Positions 20,260 to 28,914 of a stretch of 64,000 bases of DNA are shown piece after piece. The notes under the pieces are model-generated. The model was given only the letters and a program-made list of their open reading frames with translations. It did no database searches and was not told the origin of the DNA. Every line of letters begins with the position of its first letter. Position 1 is the first letter of the stretch. The DNA is from Christensenellales bacterium (GTDB lineage Bacteria; Bacillota; Clostridia; Christensenellales; UBA1750): assembly GCA_050942895.1 (NCBI GenBank), contig JBMNOE010000006.1, positions 35,578 through 99,577 on the forward strand, given 5' to 3'. The translations under genes were made by a program, and so were the position numbers.

Positions 20260-20568
20260 TTAGCCGATGCCGGTGATTTCCACCTTGGTGTACGGCTGGC
20301 GATGGCCCTTTTTGCGGGAATAGCCTTTTTTGGCCTTGTACTTGTAAACGATGATCTTGCGGCCCTTGCCATGGGCAAGAACCTTGCCTGTGGCCTTGAC
20401 CCCTTCTACGAAGGGAGTACCGATAGTCACAGCGGAATCGTCCGCGCTGTACATCAGCACATCGAAGCTGACCTGATCCTCCGGCTGGCTATTTAATTTT
20501 TCGATATAAATAACATCGCCGTTAGTAACCTTGTACTGCTTTCCGCCTGTCTGGATAATTGCGTACAT
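20260..20568 (-). CDS. rplU: 50S ribosomal protein L21
   Basis: [14 protein letters not shown]...GHRQPYT. Confidence 0.98.
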   Translation of the reverse strand: MYAIIQTGGKQYKVTNGDVIYIEKLNSQPEDQVSFDVLMYSADDSAVTIGTPFVEGVKATGKVLAHGKGRKIIVYKYKAKKGYSRKKGHRQPYTKVEITGIG

Positions 20569-20589
20569 TCTGAAAGCACCTCCTCTTTC

Positions 20590-20660
20590 TAACCTCGCCT
20601 ACCGGGCGCGGCCTGCTAAAAGCGCAGGCACAACTTGAGAGCCCTTCTCGAGCGGCTTTA
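20590..20660 (-). ncRNA. L21 leader (cis-regulatory RNA)
   Basis: Structured 5' UTR between the promoter and rplU, starting GCCGC and ending GGCGAG, with internal hairpin GCCTGC/GCAGGC. Matches the general form of Firmicutes L21 leaders. Confidence 0.7.
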
Positions 20661-20662
20661 CA

Positions 20663-20691
20663 ATAATATCATAGCGACACTTTTCTGTCAA
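20663..20691 (-). promoter_or_regulatory. Sigma-A promoter of rplU
   Basis: TTGACA-17 bp-TATTAT with extended TGn. Confidence 0.75.
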
Positions 20692-20875
20692 CATTTCTTT
20701 TGCGGTTTTTTGTGCTTGCCCAAAGCATTTTTTTATTTGAAACAGTCTTAAAGCAAGGGTCTTGCTATAGACTTTGCCGCTCCTTTATTATATAATGAAA
20801 TCATATTTTGAGCTTTGATATAGGCGGTTTGCGCATGTAAAGGCTCTGTATTTTAAACAGGGGAGGTAAAACAAA

Positions 20876-21781
20876 GTGAACGAATCCATGCATAAGTATT
20901 TCAAGCCCGGCCTTATATCCTTCATGGCATACCCAGAGACGATGAGGGGCGAAGGGCCGGTTCTGGAGTCCATCAGGAAGGTGCTGGTGGACGATTATTT
21001 CGACGCGATTGAGATCACCCACATCGCCGATCCGCAGATTCGCGCGAAAGCTAAGGCTCTTTTGGAGCAAAGCCACATCACGGTCTGCTATGGCGCACAG
21101 CCGCGCTTTCTTTCAAGCGGCAAAAATGTCAACGACCTGGACGAGGAAAAGCGCAAGGAGGCTGAAGCGCTGCTTATGGACTCCATTGATGAGGCGGAAT
21201 ATCTTGGCGCGAAGGGCGTAGCCTTCCTTTCCGGGAAATACGACCCGGATAAAAAGGACGAAGCTTTTGCCCAGCTACTTAAAACCACAAAGGCCGCCTG
21301 CGATTATGCCAAAACAAAGGGAATGATTATCGAGCTGGAGGTGTTCGACTTCGATCTGGACAAGAAGTCGTTGATCGGGCCTGCGCCGTACGCCGCCGCC
21401 TTTGCCGCTGAAATGCGCAATTACACCAACAACTTCGGCCTCATGGTTGACCTTTCCCATTTTCCCCAGACATATGAAACCAGCAAGTTTGCTATCCGCA
21501 CAATGCGCCCATACATCACACACCTGCATATCGGCAGCGCGGTGCTGACCCCCGGCGCGGAGGCCTTCGGCGACACCCACCCCCGCTTTGGTTTTCCCAA
21601 TGGCGCTAACGATGTGCCCGAGGTGGCGGACTTTTTGCGCGTTTGCTTTGAGGAAGGGCTCTTTGACGAGGCCGATCCCATAGTGCTGTCTTTCGAGGTG
21701 AAGCCCTGGGGCGACGAGGACGCAGATGTGGTGGTTGCAAACGCAAAACGGGTGCTGAACCGCGCCTGGGCCATCCTATAG
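20876..21781 (+). CDS. Sugar phosphate isomerase/epimerase family (xylose-isomerase-like TIM barrel)
   Basis: Metal-ligand pattern ELE, VDLSH, HLHIG, GDTHPRFG and SFEVKP. Confidence 0.82.
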   Translation: MNESMHKYFKPGLISFMAYPETMRGEGPVLESIRKVLVDDYFDAIEITHIADPQIRAKAKALLEQSHITVCYGAQPRFLSSGKNVNDLDEEKRKEAEALLMDSIDEAEYLGAKGVAFLSGKYDPDKKDEAFAQLLKTTKAACDYAKTKGMIIELEVFDFDLDKKSLIGPAPYAAAFAAEMRNYTNNFGLMVDLSHFPQTYETSKFAIRTMRPYITHLHIGSAVLTPGAEAFGDTHPRFGFPNGANDVPEVADFLRVCFEEGLFDEADPIVLSFEVKPWGDEDADVVVANAKRVLNRAWAIL

Positions 21782-21837
21782 CGCTCAGTATTCAAGCTGA
21801 GCTGCTGTGCACCCTAAAAATAAAACGGAGGAAAATC

Positions 21838-22791
21838 ATGTCAGAAAGACTGAAGATAGTTATTTTGGACGGCTACACAGAAAACCCCGGCGATCTTTCC
21901 TGGGAGGGTTTTGAAAAGCTGGGTGAGCTTAAAGTCTACGACCGCACCCCTGCGGACAAAATAATCGACAGGATTGGCGATGCGGACATCGTCTACACAA
22001 ACAAAACACCGATTTCAAGGGAAACCCTGGCTGCCTGCCCTTCTGTTAAGTTTATCGGCGTTCTGGCAACGGGCTATAATGTGGTGGACGTTGCCGCCGC
22101 AAAGGAAAGAGGCATTCCGGTGGCAAACATACCCACCTACGGCACTGCGGCCGTTGCGCAGATGACAATGGCGCTGCTGCTGGAGGTCTGCCACCATGTG
22201 GGCGCCCACAGCGAGAGCGTATTTGCCGGCGAGTGGACCGAAAGCCCGGACTTTTGCTACTGGAAGTATCCGCTCATTGAGCTGGCGGGAAAGACGATGG
22301 GCATAATCGGCTACGGCAGAATCGGCCGCGCGGCAGGGGATATGGCCAAAGCTTTCGGCATGGAAGTGATCGCCTATGACTCTTTCGTTAAGGCGGATGA
22401 GAGCGTATCTCTGGACGAGCTTTTCACCAGGGCCGACGTCATTTCCCTTCACTGCCCTCTTTTCCCGGAGACGGAAGGCATAATAAACAGCGAGAGCATC
22501 GCCAAGATGAAGGACAGCGTGATAATCATCAACACCTCCAGAGGGCCGCTGATAAACGAACAGGATCTGGCGGATGCTCTTAATGGCGGTAAAGTCTACG
22601 CCGCGGCTGTGGATGTGGTGAGCGCCGAGCCCATAAAGGCGGACAACCCTCTGCTGAAGGCGAAGAACTGCATAATCACGCCCCATATCGCCTGGGCGCC
22701 AAAGGAAAGCCGCCAGCGGCTGATGGACATTGCCGTTGAGAACCTCAGCAGCTTTTTGGCGGGCAGTCCCATCAACATAGTGAACAAATAG
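21838..22791 (+). CDS. D-2-hydroxyacid dehydrogenase (glycerate dehydrogenase-like)
   Basis: LDGYTENPGD, GIIGYGRIG, SLHCPL, INTSRG and TPHIAW. Confidence 0.93.
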   Translation: MSERLKIVILDGYTENPGDLSWEGFEKLGELKVYDRTPADKIIDRIGDADIVYTNKTPISRETLAACPSVKFIGVLATGYNVVDVAAAKERGIPVANIPTYGTAAVAQMTMALLLEVCHHVGAHSESVFAGEWTESPDFCYWKYPLIELAGKTMGIIGYGRIGRAAGDMAKAFGMEVIAYDSFVKADESVSLDELFTRADVISLHCPLFPETEGIINSESIAKMKDSVIIINTSRGPLINEQDLADALNGGKVYAAAVDVVSAEPIKADNPLLKAKNCIITPHIAWAPKESRQRLMDIAVENLSSFLAGSPINIVNK

Positions 22792-22830
22792 CGGTTTCGC
22801 GGCCTGATTTTCGGCGGGAAGCAAATAAAG

Positions 22831-22891
22831 GCAACAAAACCTCCTTTTTGTTCGTCGAAAGATTGAAGCGAAAGAACAAAGGAGGTTTTTT
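22831..22891 (+). promoter_or_regulatory. ECF-type promoter overlapping a terminator/anti-SD hairpin upstream of the serpin
   Basis: GCAAC-17 bp-CGTC (22831-22856). Stem AAAACCTCCTTTTTGTTC / GAACAAAGGAGGTTTT includes the serpin RBS and ends in a T6 run. Confidence 0.6.
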
Positions 22892-22893
22892 CT

Positions 22894-24249
22894 TTGAAGT
22901 TTATAAAGTATATAAATAAAGCGATAATTCTGCTGCTTATGGCGGCGACTTTATCAGGCTGCGCTGTGCAGGCATCACCCGGGGTTGGCGGTAATATAAT
23001 GGATAATACAGAGAACAATTCTGCCGGCGGCGCCGGTGCAAGCAACGGTCAAGGGGGTGCTTTCGTGCCGCTAAAGGACATTTTCGAACTGGCGCAGACG
23101 GAAAGCGCTGAGCCTGTCTCCCCGAGGGACGTAAACGACTATTCAGACGCCAAAATGCTGGCGGGGGTCATTAACAAGTTTGGCTATGATATGATAAGCC
23201 TTATAGACGAGGGCGAAAGCTTCATATTCTCGCCGTTTTCAGTTTATGTGGCCTTGGGCAACCTTTCAAACGGAGCCACCGGCAGCGCCTACGAACAGAT
23301 GAAGGCGGCCCTGTATCCGGACATGAGCGCCGAGGAATTCAACAAGGCCATGGGCGAGCTTTTGGCGCTATTGGTCAGAAATGCCGGGGACGACCCTCAG
23401 TACAGCGGCTATGAGCTGGCCATTGCTTCTTTGGTGGTCACGGATGAAAAGTACACTTTGAATGAAAACTTTGCGCAGCTTGCTGCCAGGGCGTTCAGGG
23501 CGCAGACGGCAAGGGCCAGGTTTGCCGACCCCGACGTCAAGGACCATGTGAACGAGTGGGCTGATGAAGCTACCTTCGGCCTTATACCGGAGCTTTTCAG
23601 CGAGCCGATAGACCCGTCAACTGCGGCGGTGATACTGAGCAGCATATATTTTTCCGGCAAATGGTTCAATGAATTCAACCTTGATTACACAAAGGATGAG
23701 ATATTCCACGGCGCCGAGGGCGATGTAACCGTTCCCATGATGCAAAGAAACGGCGACATGCTCTACTTTGAGGACGACAGCCTGCAATCGGTGCGCCTGC
23801 CCTATTACGGCGGAGCCTATATGGATATTTTCCTGCCCAAGGAAGGCGTGAGCGTTGAAGATGTCCTTGTCGGCCTGGACGGCCTTTATGCCGAGTATAA
23901 AACCTATGAGGGAGAGCTTAAGCTGCCCAGGTTTAAAACAGAGAAAAAGACAGACTTGAAGGAAGCGATACATGCTTTGGGCATTGAAGATGTGTTTAGG
24001 GGCGGCCTTGAAAACCTCGCCACCGGCCCGGACGAGATACTCCTCTCCGACGCATTCCAAAAAGCCGTGGTGGAGGTAGACGAAGAAGGCACAAAGGCGG
24101 CGGCTGTCACGGCCCTTATCGTGCGGGCGGTAGGCGCAATAATGCCTGAGGGCACATTCGAGATGATCTGCGACCGGCCCTTTGCCTACACCATAAACGT
24201 GAATGTCGACGGCCGGCAGCAGGTGCTTTTCATAGGCGCCCAGCGATAA
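22894..24249 (+). CDS. Serpin family lipoprotein
   Basis: Lipobox LSGC, FSPFSV, IYFSGKW, LPRFK, hinge VDEEGTKAAAVT, DRPF and LFIG. Confidence 0.93.
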   Translation: MKFIKYINKAIILLLMAATLSGCAVQASPGVGGNIMDNTENNSAGGAGASNGQGGAFVPLKDIFELAQTESAEPVSPRDVNDYSDAKMLAGVINKFGYDMISLIDEGESFIFSPFSVYVALGNLSNGATGSAYEQMKAALYPDMSAEEFNKAMGELLALLVRNAGDDPQYSGYELAIASLVVTDEKYTLNENFAQLAARAFRAQTARARFADPDVKDHVNEWADEATFGLIPELFSEPIDPSTAAVILSSIYFSGKWFNEFNLDYTKDEIFHGAEGDVTVPMMQRNGDMLYFEDDSLQSVRLPYYGGAYMDIFLPKEGVSVEDVLVGLDGLYAEYKTYEGELKLPRFKTEKKTDLKEAIHALGIEDVFRGGLENLATGPDEILLSDAFQKAVVEVDEEGTKAAAVTALIVRAVGAIMPEGTFEMICDRPFAYTINVNVDGRQQVLFIGAQR

Positions 24250-24269
24250 CTAAAAAAAGCCAATGAAAC

Positions 24270-24298
24270 AAAAAGAACGCCAAGGGGCGTTCTTTTTT
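24270..24298 (+). terminator. Intrinsic terminator after the serpin
   Basis: AAAAAGAACGCC-aagg-GGCGTTCTTTTT. Confidence 0.85.
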
Positions 24299-24402
24299 GC
24301 GCTAAGAATATTGGAAAGTGTAGGAAGAAGGCCGGGGCTGTGTTATAATTATCTAAAAGAGTCATGAAAGAGCTTTTGCCCTTTTGAAACGAGGGAGATA
24401 CT

Positions 24403-24822
24403 ATGAGTGTAAAAAATGAAAAGAATGAAGAGAATCAAATAAGAGTGGGCATGAAGGGCGAGTTTTCGCTCACGGTAAGCGAAGAAAACACCGCCGAGAG
24501 CCTTGGCAGCGGAAGCCTGCCGGTCTTTGCAACGCCGGCCATGATAACCGCAATGGAGGCCGCCGCCTGCAACGCGCTGGGGCTTGAGGGCGGCAGCACC
24601 TCTGTGGGAACGGCTGTGAATATAAGCCATGTTTCAGCCACGCCTTTGGGCATGAGGGTGACAGCCTGGGCAGAGGTGACGGCTGTAAACGGCAGGATGG
24701 TGGAGTTTTCAGTGAGAGCCCATGACGAAAGCGGCCTAATCGGCAGCGGAGCCCACAGCAGGGTGATCGTGGATGCGGACAGATTTCTGAAAAAGGTATA
24801 TGAAAAACAAAAGAATCTATAA
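24403..24822 (+). CDS. Hotdog-fold thioesterase (FlK-like)
   Basis: GSGSLPVFATPAMI..ME, SVGT.VNISH..ATPLG and G.H.R motifs. Confidence 0.9.
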   Translation: MSVKNEKNEENQIRVGMKGEFSLTVSEENTAESLGSGSLPVFATPAMITAMEAAACNALGLEGGSTSVGTAVNISHVSATPLGMRVTAWAEVTAVNGRMVEFSVRAHDESGLIGSGAHSRVIVDADRFLKKVYEKQKNL

Positions 24823-24873
24823 GAATCTATAAAAAGTTTATTATTAGAAAAAGCTAATTTTAGGAGGCAGAAT

Positions 24874-26664
24874 ATGGCTGAAGTTAAAACGAGGGATCAA
24901 ATCGACCAAAATTACAAATGGGTCTTGGAGGACATGTATAAAACCGACGCCCTGTGGGAGGAGGATTTCCTTCTCGCCGAGAAAATGACGGAGGGCTTCG
25001 CGGCCTTTTACGGCAAGCTGACCGAAAGCGCCGAAGATCTGCTGGCGGCGCTTAAGGCCCTGACGGAGCTGAGCCTGAAGGTGGAGAGCTTATATACATA
25101 TGCCAGAATGCGCCGGGACGAGGACAATGCCAGCGGCCTTTACCAGGGCATGACCGCAAGGGCCACATCGCTGCTGGTGAAATGCGAGGGCGCGGCTTCC
25201 TTCGTCGGCCCGCAGCTTCTTGCTGCGCCGCAGGGCCTCATCGAGGGTTACATCGAAAGCTGTGAGGGGCTTAAAACATACGCTTTCGGCCTGGAAAAAG
25301 TTCTGCGCATGAAGGCGCACACACTATCCGAGAGCGAGGAAAAGCTTCTGGCCGCCGCGGGGGAAATCGCCCAGGCGCCGGGAAATGTCTACTCTATGCT
25401 CACCAACGCGGACATGAAGCATCCGGTCATAAAGGATGAAAACGGCGAAGATGTGGAGATCACCCATGGCAGGTTCATCTCGCTTTTAGAGAGCAAGAAC
25501 CGCGATGTTCGCAAGGCCGCCTACGAGGCCTTCTACAACACCTACAAGGGTTTTTCAAACACCATCGCCGCGACATATTCGGCGAATGTGAAGTCAGACC
25601 TGTTCAGCGCCCAGGCAAGGGAATATCCCTCCTCTTTGGAGGCGGCGCTTTTTGCAAACAACATCCCAAAGAGCGTTTATGATAATCTAATCGAAGCCGT
25701 GCACGGCGGGCTGGACGCAATGAGCGAATACATGGGCATCCGCAAAGAGCTGCTGGGCGTGGACGAGCTGAGATATTACGACCTTTACGTCCCCCTGTTC
25801 GAGTATGAGGGAAAGGTCACATATGAGCAGGCGCAAAAGGAGATCGAAAGCGGGCTTGCTCCCCTTGGCAAAAGGTATATAAGCGACAGCAACCGCGCCT
25901 ACACAGACGGCTGGATCGACGTTTTCGAGAACAGGGGCAAGACCAGCGGCGCTTATTCATGGGGGCATTACGGCGTGCATCCATATATACTGATGAATTA
26001 TCAGGGAACGGTGGACAGCATGTTCACGCTGGCCCACGAGTTGGGCCACGCCATGCACTCCTTCTATTCCGACAACAATAACGACTACGACAACGCCCAG
26101 TATCCCATCTTCCTGGCGGAGGTGGCTTCCATTACGAACGAGCTGCTGCTGATCAGGTACCGGATAGACAACGCATCATCCAAAGAGGAAAAGCAGTATT
26201 TGCTCAACTACCTTTTGGAGCAGTTCAGGACAACCATGTTCCGCCAGACGATGTTCGCAGAGTTTGAGATGAAGGCCCACGCCGCCGCGCAGGAGGGCCA
26301 GGCCCTTACTCCGGACTTCCTGAAGGAACTTTACAAGGAGCTTAACCTCACCTATTACGCAAATGTAGCGATGGATGATTACATCCCCTATGAATGGTCG
26401 CGCATCCCTCATTTCTACAGGGCGTTTTATGTCTACCAGTACGCCACGGGCTTTGCCGCTTCGGTCAAGCTCTCTGACGACATCTATAACGGCGTGCCCG
26501 GAGCGAAGGAAGCCTATGTGGAGAAATTCCTCAGCGCAGGCGGCGCCAAGTTCCCCGTGGACATACTAAAGGACGTCGGGGTGGACATGACGTCCACCGA
26601 TGTGGTTGCCCAGGCGCTTAAGTTCTTCAGAAAAACCGTTGAGGAGCTGAAGGCCACACTGTAG
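24874..26664 (+). CDS. pepF: Oligoendopeptidase F (M3B)
   Basis: GKTSGAYS, HELGHAMH, AEVAS, WSRIPHFY and YVYQYA. Confidence 0.95.
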   Translation: MAEVKTRDQIDQNYKWVLEDMYKTDALWEEDFLLAEKMTEGFAAFYGKLTESAEDLLAALKALTELSLKVESLYTYARMRRDEDNASGLYQGMTARATSLLVKCEGAASFVGPQLLAAPQGLIEGYIESCEGLKTYAFGLEKVLRMKAHTLSESEEKLLAAAGEIAQAPGNVYSMLTNADMKHPVIKDENGEDVEITHGRFISLLESKNRDVRKAAYEAFYNTYKGFSNTIAATYSANVKSDLFSAQAREYPSSLEAALFANNIPKSVYDNLIEAVHGGLDAMSEYMGIRKELLGVDELRYYDLYVPLFEYEGKVTYEQAQKEIESGLAPLGKRYISDSNRAYTDGWIDVFENRGKTSGAYSWGHYGVHPYILMNYQGTVDSMFTLAHELGHAMHSFYSDNNNDYDNAQYPIFLAEVASITNELLLIRYRIDNASSKEEKQYLLNYLLEQFRTTMFRQTMFAEFEMKAHAAAQEGQALTPDFLKELYKELNLTYYANVAMDDYIPYEWSRIPHFYRAFYVYQYATGFAASVKLSDDIYNGVPGAKEAYVEKFLSAGGAKFPVDILKDVGVDMTSTDVVAQALKFFRKTVEELKATL

Positions 26665-26716
26665 GCATGTAATTTATAGATGAAGAAAGAGAAAGAAAAG
26701 AAAAAGGAGGCAGATT

Positions 26717-27547
26717 ATGATCGACAATAAAAACAGCAGGATGAAGCTGGCCTTTTCTACCTTAGGCTGTCCGGAGTGGCGCTTTGGAGAGATTCTGTCC
26801 ACCGCCAAGGATCTGGGATATGACGGTATCGAGGTGCGGGGCATTGGCAAAGAGATATTCGCCCCCAAGATCCCCCAGTTCACGGATGAGAAGGTGGAGG
26901 AAACGAAAAAACAGCTTAGGGATATCGCCATTGAAATCCCCTGCCTGGCCGCCGACAGCATGATACACCTGCCCCATTTCGCCGACCATTCAAAGGCCAG
27001 CATCAGGAAATATATCAAGGTTGCCCAGGCCATAGGCACGCCCTATGTGCGCCTGCTTTCAGATATGCCCAACCCGCACCCCACCGCGCCTGTGGACGTG
27101 GTTTTCATGAAGGATGTCGCCCAGGAGCTGGCCGAGGACGCAAAGGCCGCCGGTGTGACGCTGCTCCTTGAAAGCCATGGCTGGTTCACGGACACACAGC
27201 GCCTTGCAAGGCTGCTGGAGGATATCGCCAGCCCGTTTGTGCAGGCCCTTTGGGATGTGCACCATCCCTACCGCTATGGAGGCGAAAGCGCCGAAGATAC
27301 CATAGCCAACATCGGCAGCTACATAAAGCATACTCATTTTAAGGACTCGCTGATGGTTGACGAAAAACCGAAATATATGATGATGGGTTACGGCGATCTG
27401 CCCCTTGAAAGCTTCATCGAGGCCCTTAGAGGCATGGGTTATCAGGGCTATTACTGCCTTGAATGGGTTCGCCGCTGGGATCTGACACTGGAGGTGCCGG
27501 GTATCGCGTTCGACAACTACATCAACTACATGAACCGATACAAGTAG
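26717..27547 (+). CDS. Sugar phosphate isomerase/epimerase family protein
   Basis: MKLAFSTLGCPEW, LESHG, WDVHH, HTHFKD and LEW. Confidence 0.85.
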   Translation: MIDNKNSRMKLAFSTLGCPEWRFGEILSTAKDLGYDGIEVRGIGKEIFAPKIPQFTDEKVEETKKQLRDIAIEIPCLAADSMIHLPHFADHSKASIRKYIKVAQAIGTPYVRLLSDMPNPHPTAPVDVVFMKDVAQELAEDAKAAGVTLLLESHGWFTDTQRLARLLEDIASPFVQALWDVHHPYRYGGESAEDTIANIGSYIKHTHFKDSLMVDEKPKYMMMGYGDLPLESFIEALRGMGYQGYYCLEWVRRWDLTLEVPGIAFDNYINYMNRYK

Positions 27548-27579
27548 CGGCATAATAATAAAGAAGCGGGCTTAAGTGC

Positions 27580-28708
27580 TGAACCTGTCAAGGGAAAGTA
27601 AAGAAGGAAAATGTAATTAAGAAAAGCCCTGTTCGGTTTTAAACTGAACAGGGCTTTTGTAACTCAAAGCAGCGGCTAAACAATCATGATTGAAATAGGC
27701 AACAAAGCGATAAAACGTGCCGTTCGGGTCGTCTGTATGGCGCAGGCCGAAATCCAAGTATAGTTCTTCTTTGATCCAACCGTTGAGGGCTTCAATGACC
27801 GGATTGCCTGTTGGCGCTGCTGCGCGCGACATTGATCGGATAATGGTATAATCAGCATAAGCCGTCTGATAGGCTCTGGAGGAATAGGCCGCGCATTGCT
27901 CGGTGTGCAAAACTTCCGGCGCGGTCGGTTTGTTCTTTTGCCGATTTTCTGTTTAAGGATATCAAGGCAATGGTAATAAGGGGCTGGATCTCCATTGCGG
28001 GAAAGGCTATGAGCAATGATCTCGTTATTGAAAGTATCCAGAGCAGCGTCAATTCATATAGCACGCATTTGTTTCTCAAGCAAGTCATGTCGGAAACGAT
28101 GATCGAAAGCACGCGCTGAGCGTTCAAGTTGCCTTTCACAATGTTTGGAAAACGGATGCTTTCTGTGCCGGCCTTGCGATAATGATAAGCATGTGCTTTG
28201 GAACGGATGCCTGCGGCGAGCCTGTGATAGCCCCATGATTTATGACGTTTGCTTTGCGCAAGCAGAAGTGCCGTCAGGTCCAAGCGGTTCTGCTCATATT
28301 GGTTGGGATTGTCTTTGTGCTTGAGCCATTTGTAGTATCCGCTGGGGTTTAAGTCCATCATATTCTACTTTGAGGGCTTGCGCGACTTCGTATTCCTGGC
28401 GCAACCGGCAACGTACTCCTTGCCTGCACCAACTCCTTTCACCCAATAGCCTTTTTAACCATTCAATTTCGATTTCTTGCTTTGCTACCAGCAACCGCAA
28501 ACGCTCAATCTCCGTAAGCGATTTGCCGGTAGTCAATGCTGCATATGGATTCCCCCGCCGTTTTGGCCTCAGGCCGTGTTCGCCTGCCTCGTCGTATTTC
28601 TGTACCCAGCGTCTAATCATACCATCCCTTTTTTGCCATTTTTCTTACCCACATATGAAAAGTAGACACTATCTTTTTGATAATGTCTACTTTTATCTTA
28701 CAGGTTCA
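27580..28708 (-). mobile_element. IS3-family insertion sequence (IS150-like), decayed, 1129 bp
   Basis: Terminal IRs TGAACCTGTCAAGGGAAAGTA / TGAACCTGTAAGATAAAAGTA (TG...CA). Flanked by direct repeat GCTTAAGTGC (27570-27579 and 28709-28718). Contains orfA/orfB fragments. Confidence 0.92.
27617..28620 (-). pseudogene. IS3 transposase orfA/orfB, frameshifted
   Basis: Fragments lie in different frames: IRRWVQKY...EIEWLK (orfA); SGYYKW...WGYHRL...SDMT (orfB N-terminus); SMSRAA.PTGNPVIEALNGWIKEEL...YFN (integrase core). Confidence 0.88.
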
Positions 28709-28760
28709 GCTTAAGTGCTCGCTTCTTTATTGTTGGGGAGAGCGTCGTGGCTCTGATTCG

Positions 28761-28906
28761 GGGCAGCGCCCTGGGTCGTTCCCTCCTGCCGGAACTCTGC
28801 CCCTGACCTCCGCGGGTTTTTGAAAAAGCTTGGCTAAACTTTTATAGAGCGCAGTGAAAAGGGTCAAGGGAGAATCCCTTGCGGGTGCAGGGCAGCGCCC
28901 TGGGTC
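28761..28906. repeat. GC-rich palindromic repeat element (REP/MITE-like)
   Basis: 17-bp direct repeat GGGCAGCGCCCTGGGTC at 28761 and 28890. Internal hairpins CAAGGGAGAATCCCTTG and TTTTTGAAAAAG. Confidence 0.6.
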
Positions 28907-28914
28907 ATCCCCCC

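Noticed and set aside
24811-24832. AAGAATCTAT tandem duplication at the thioesterase stop codon
   Set aside because: A 10-bp micro-duplication with no coding or regulatory consequence evident.
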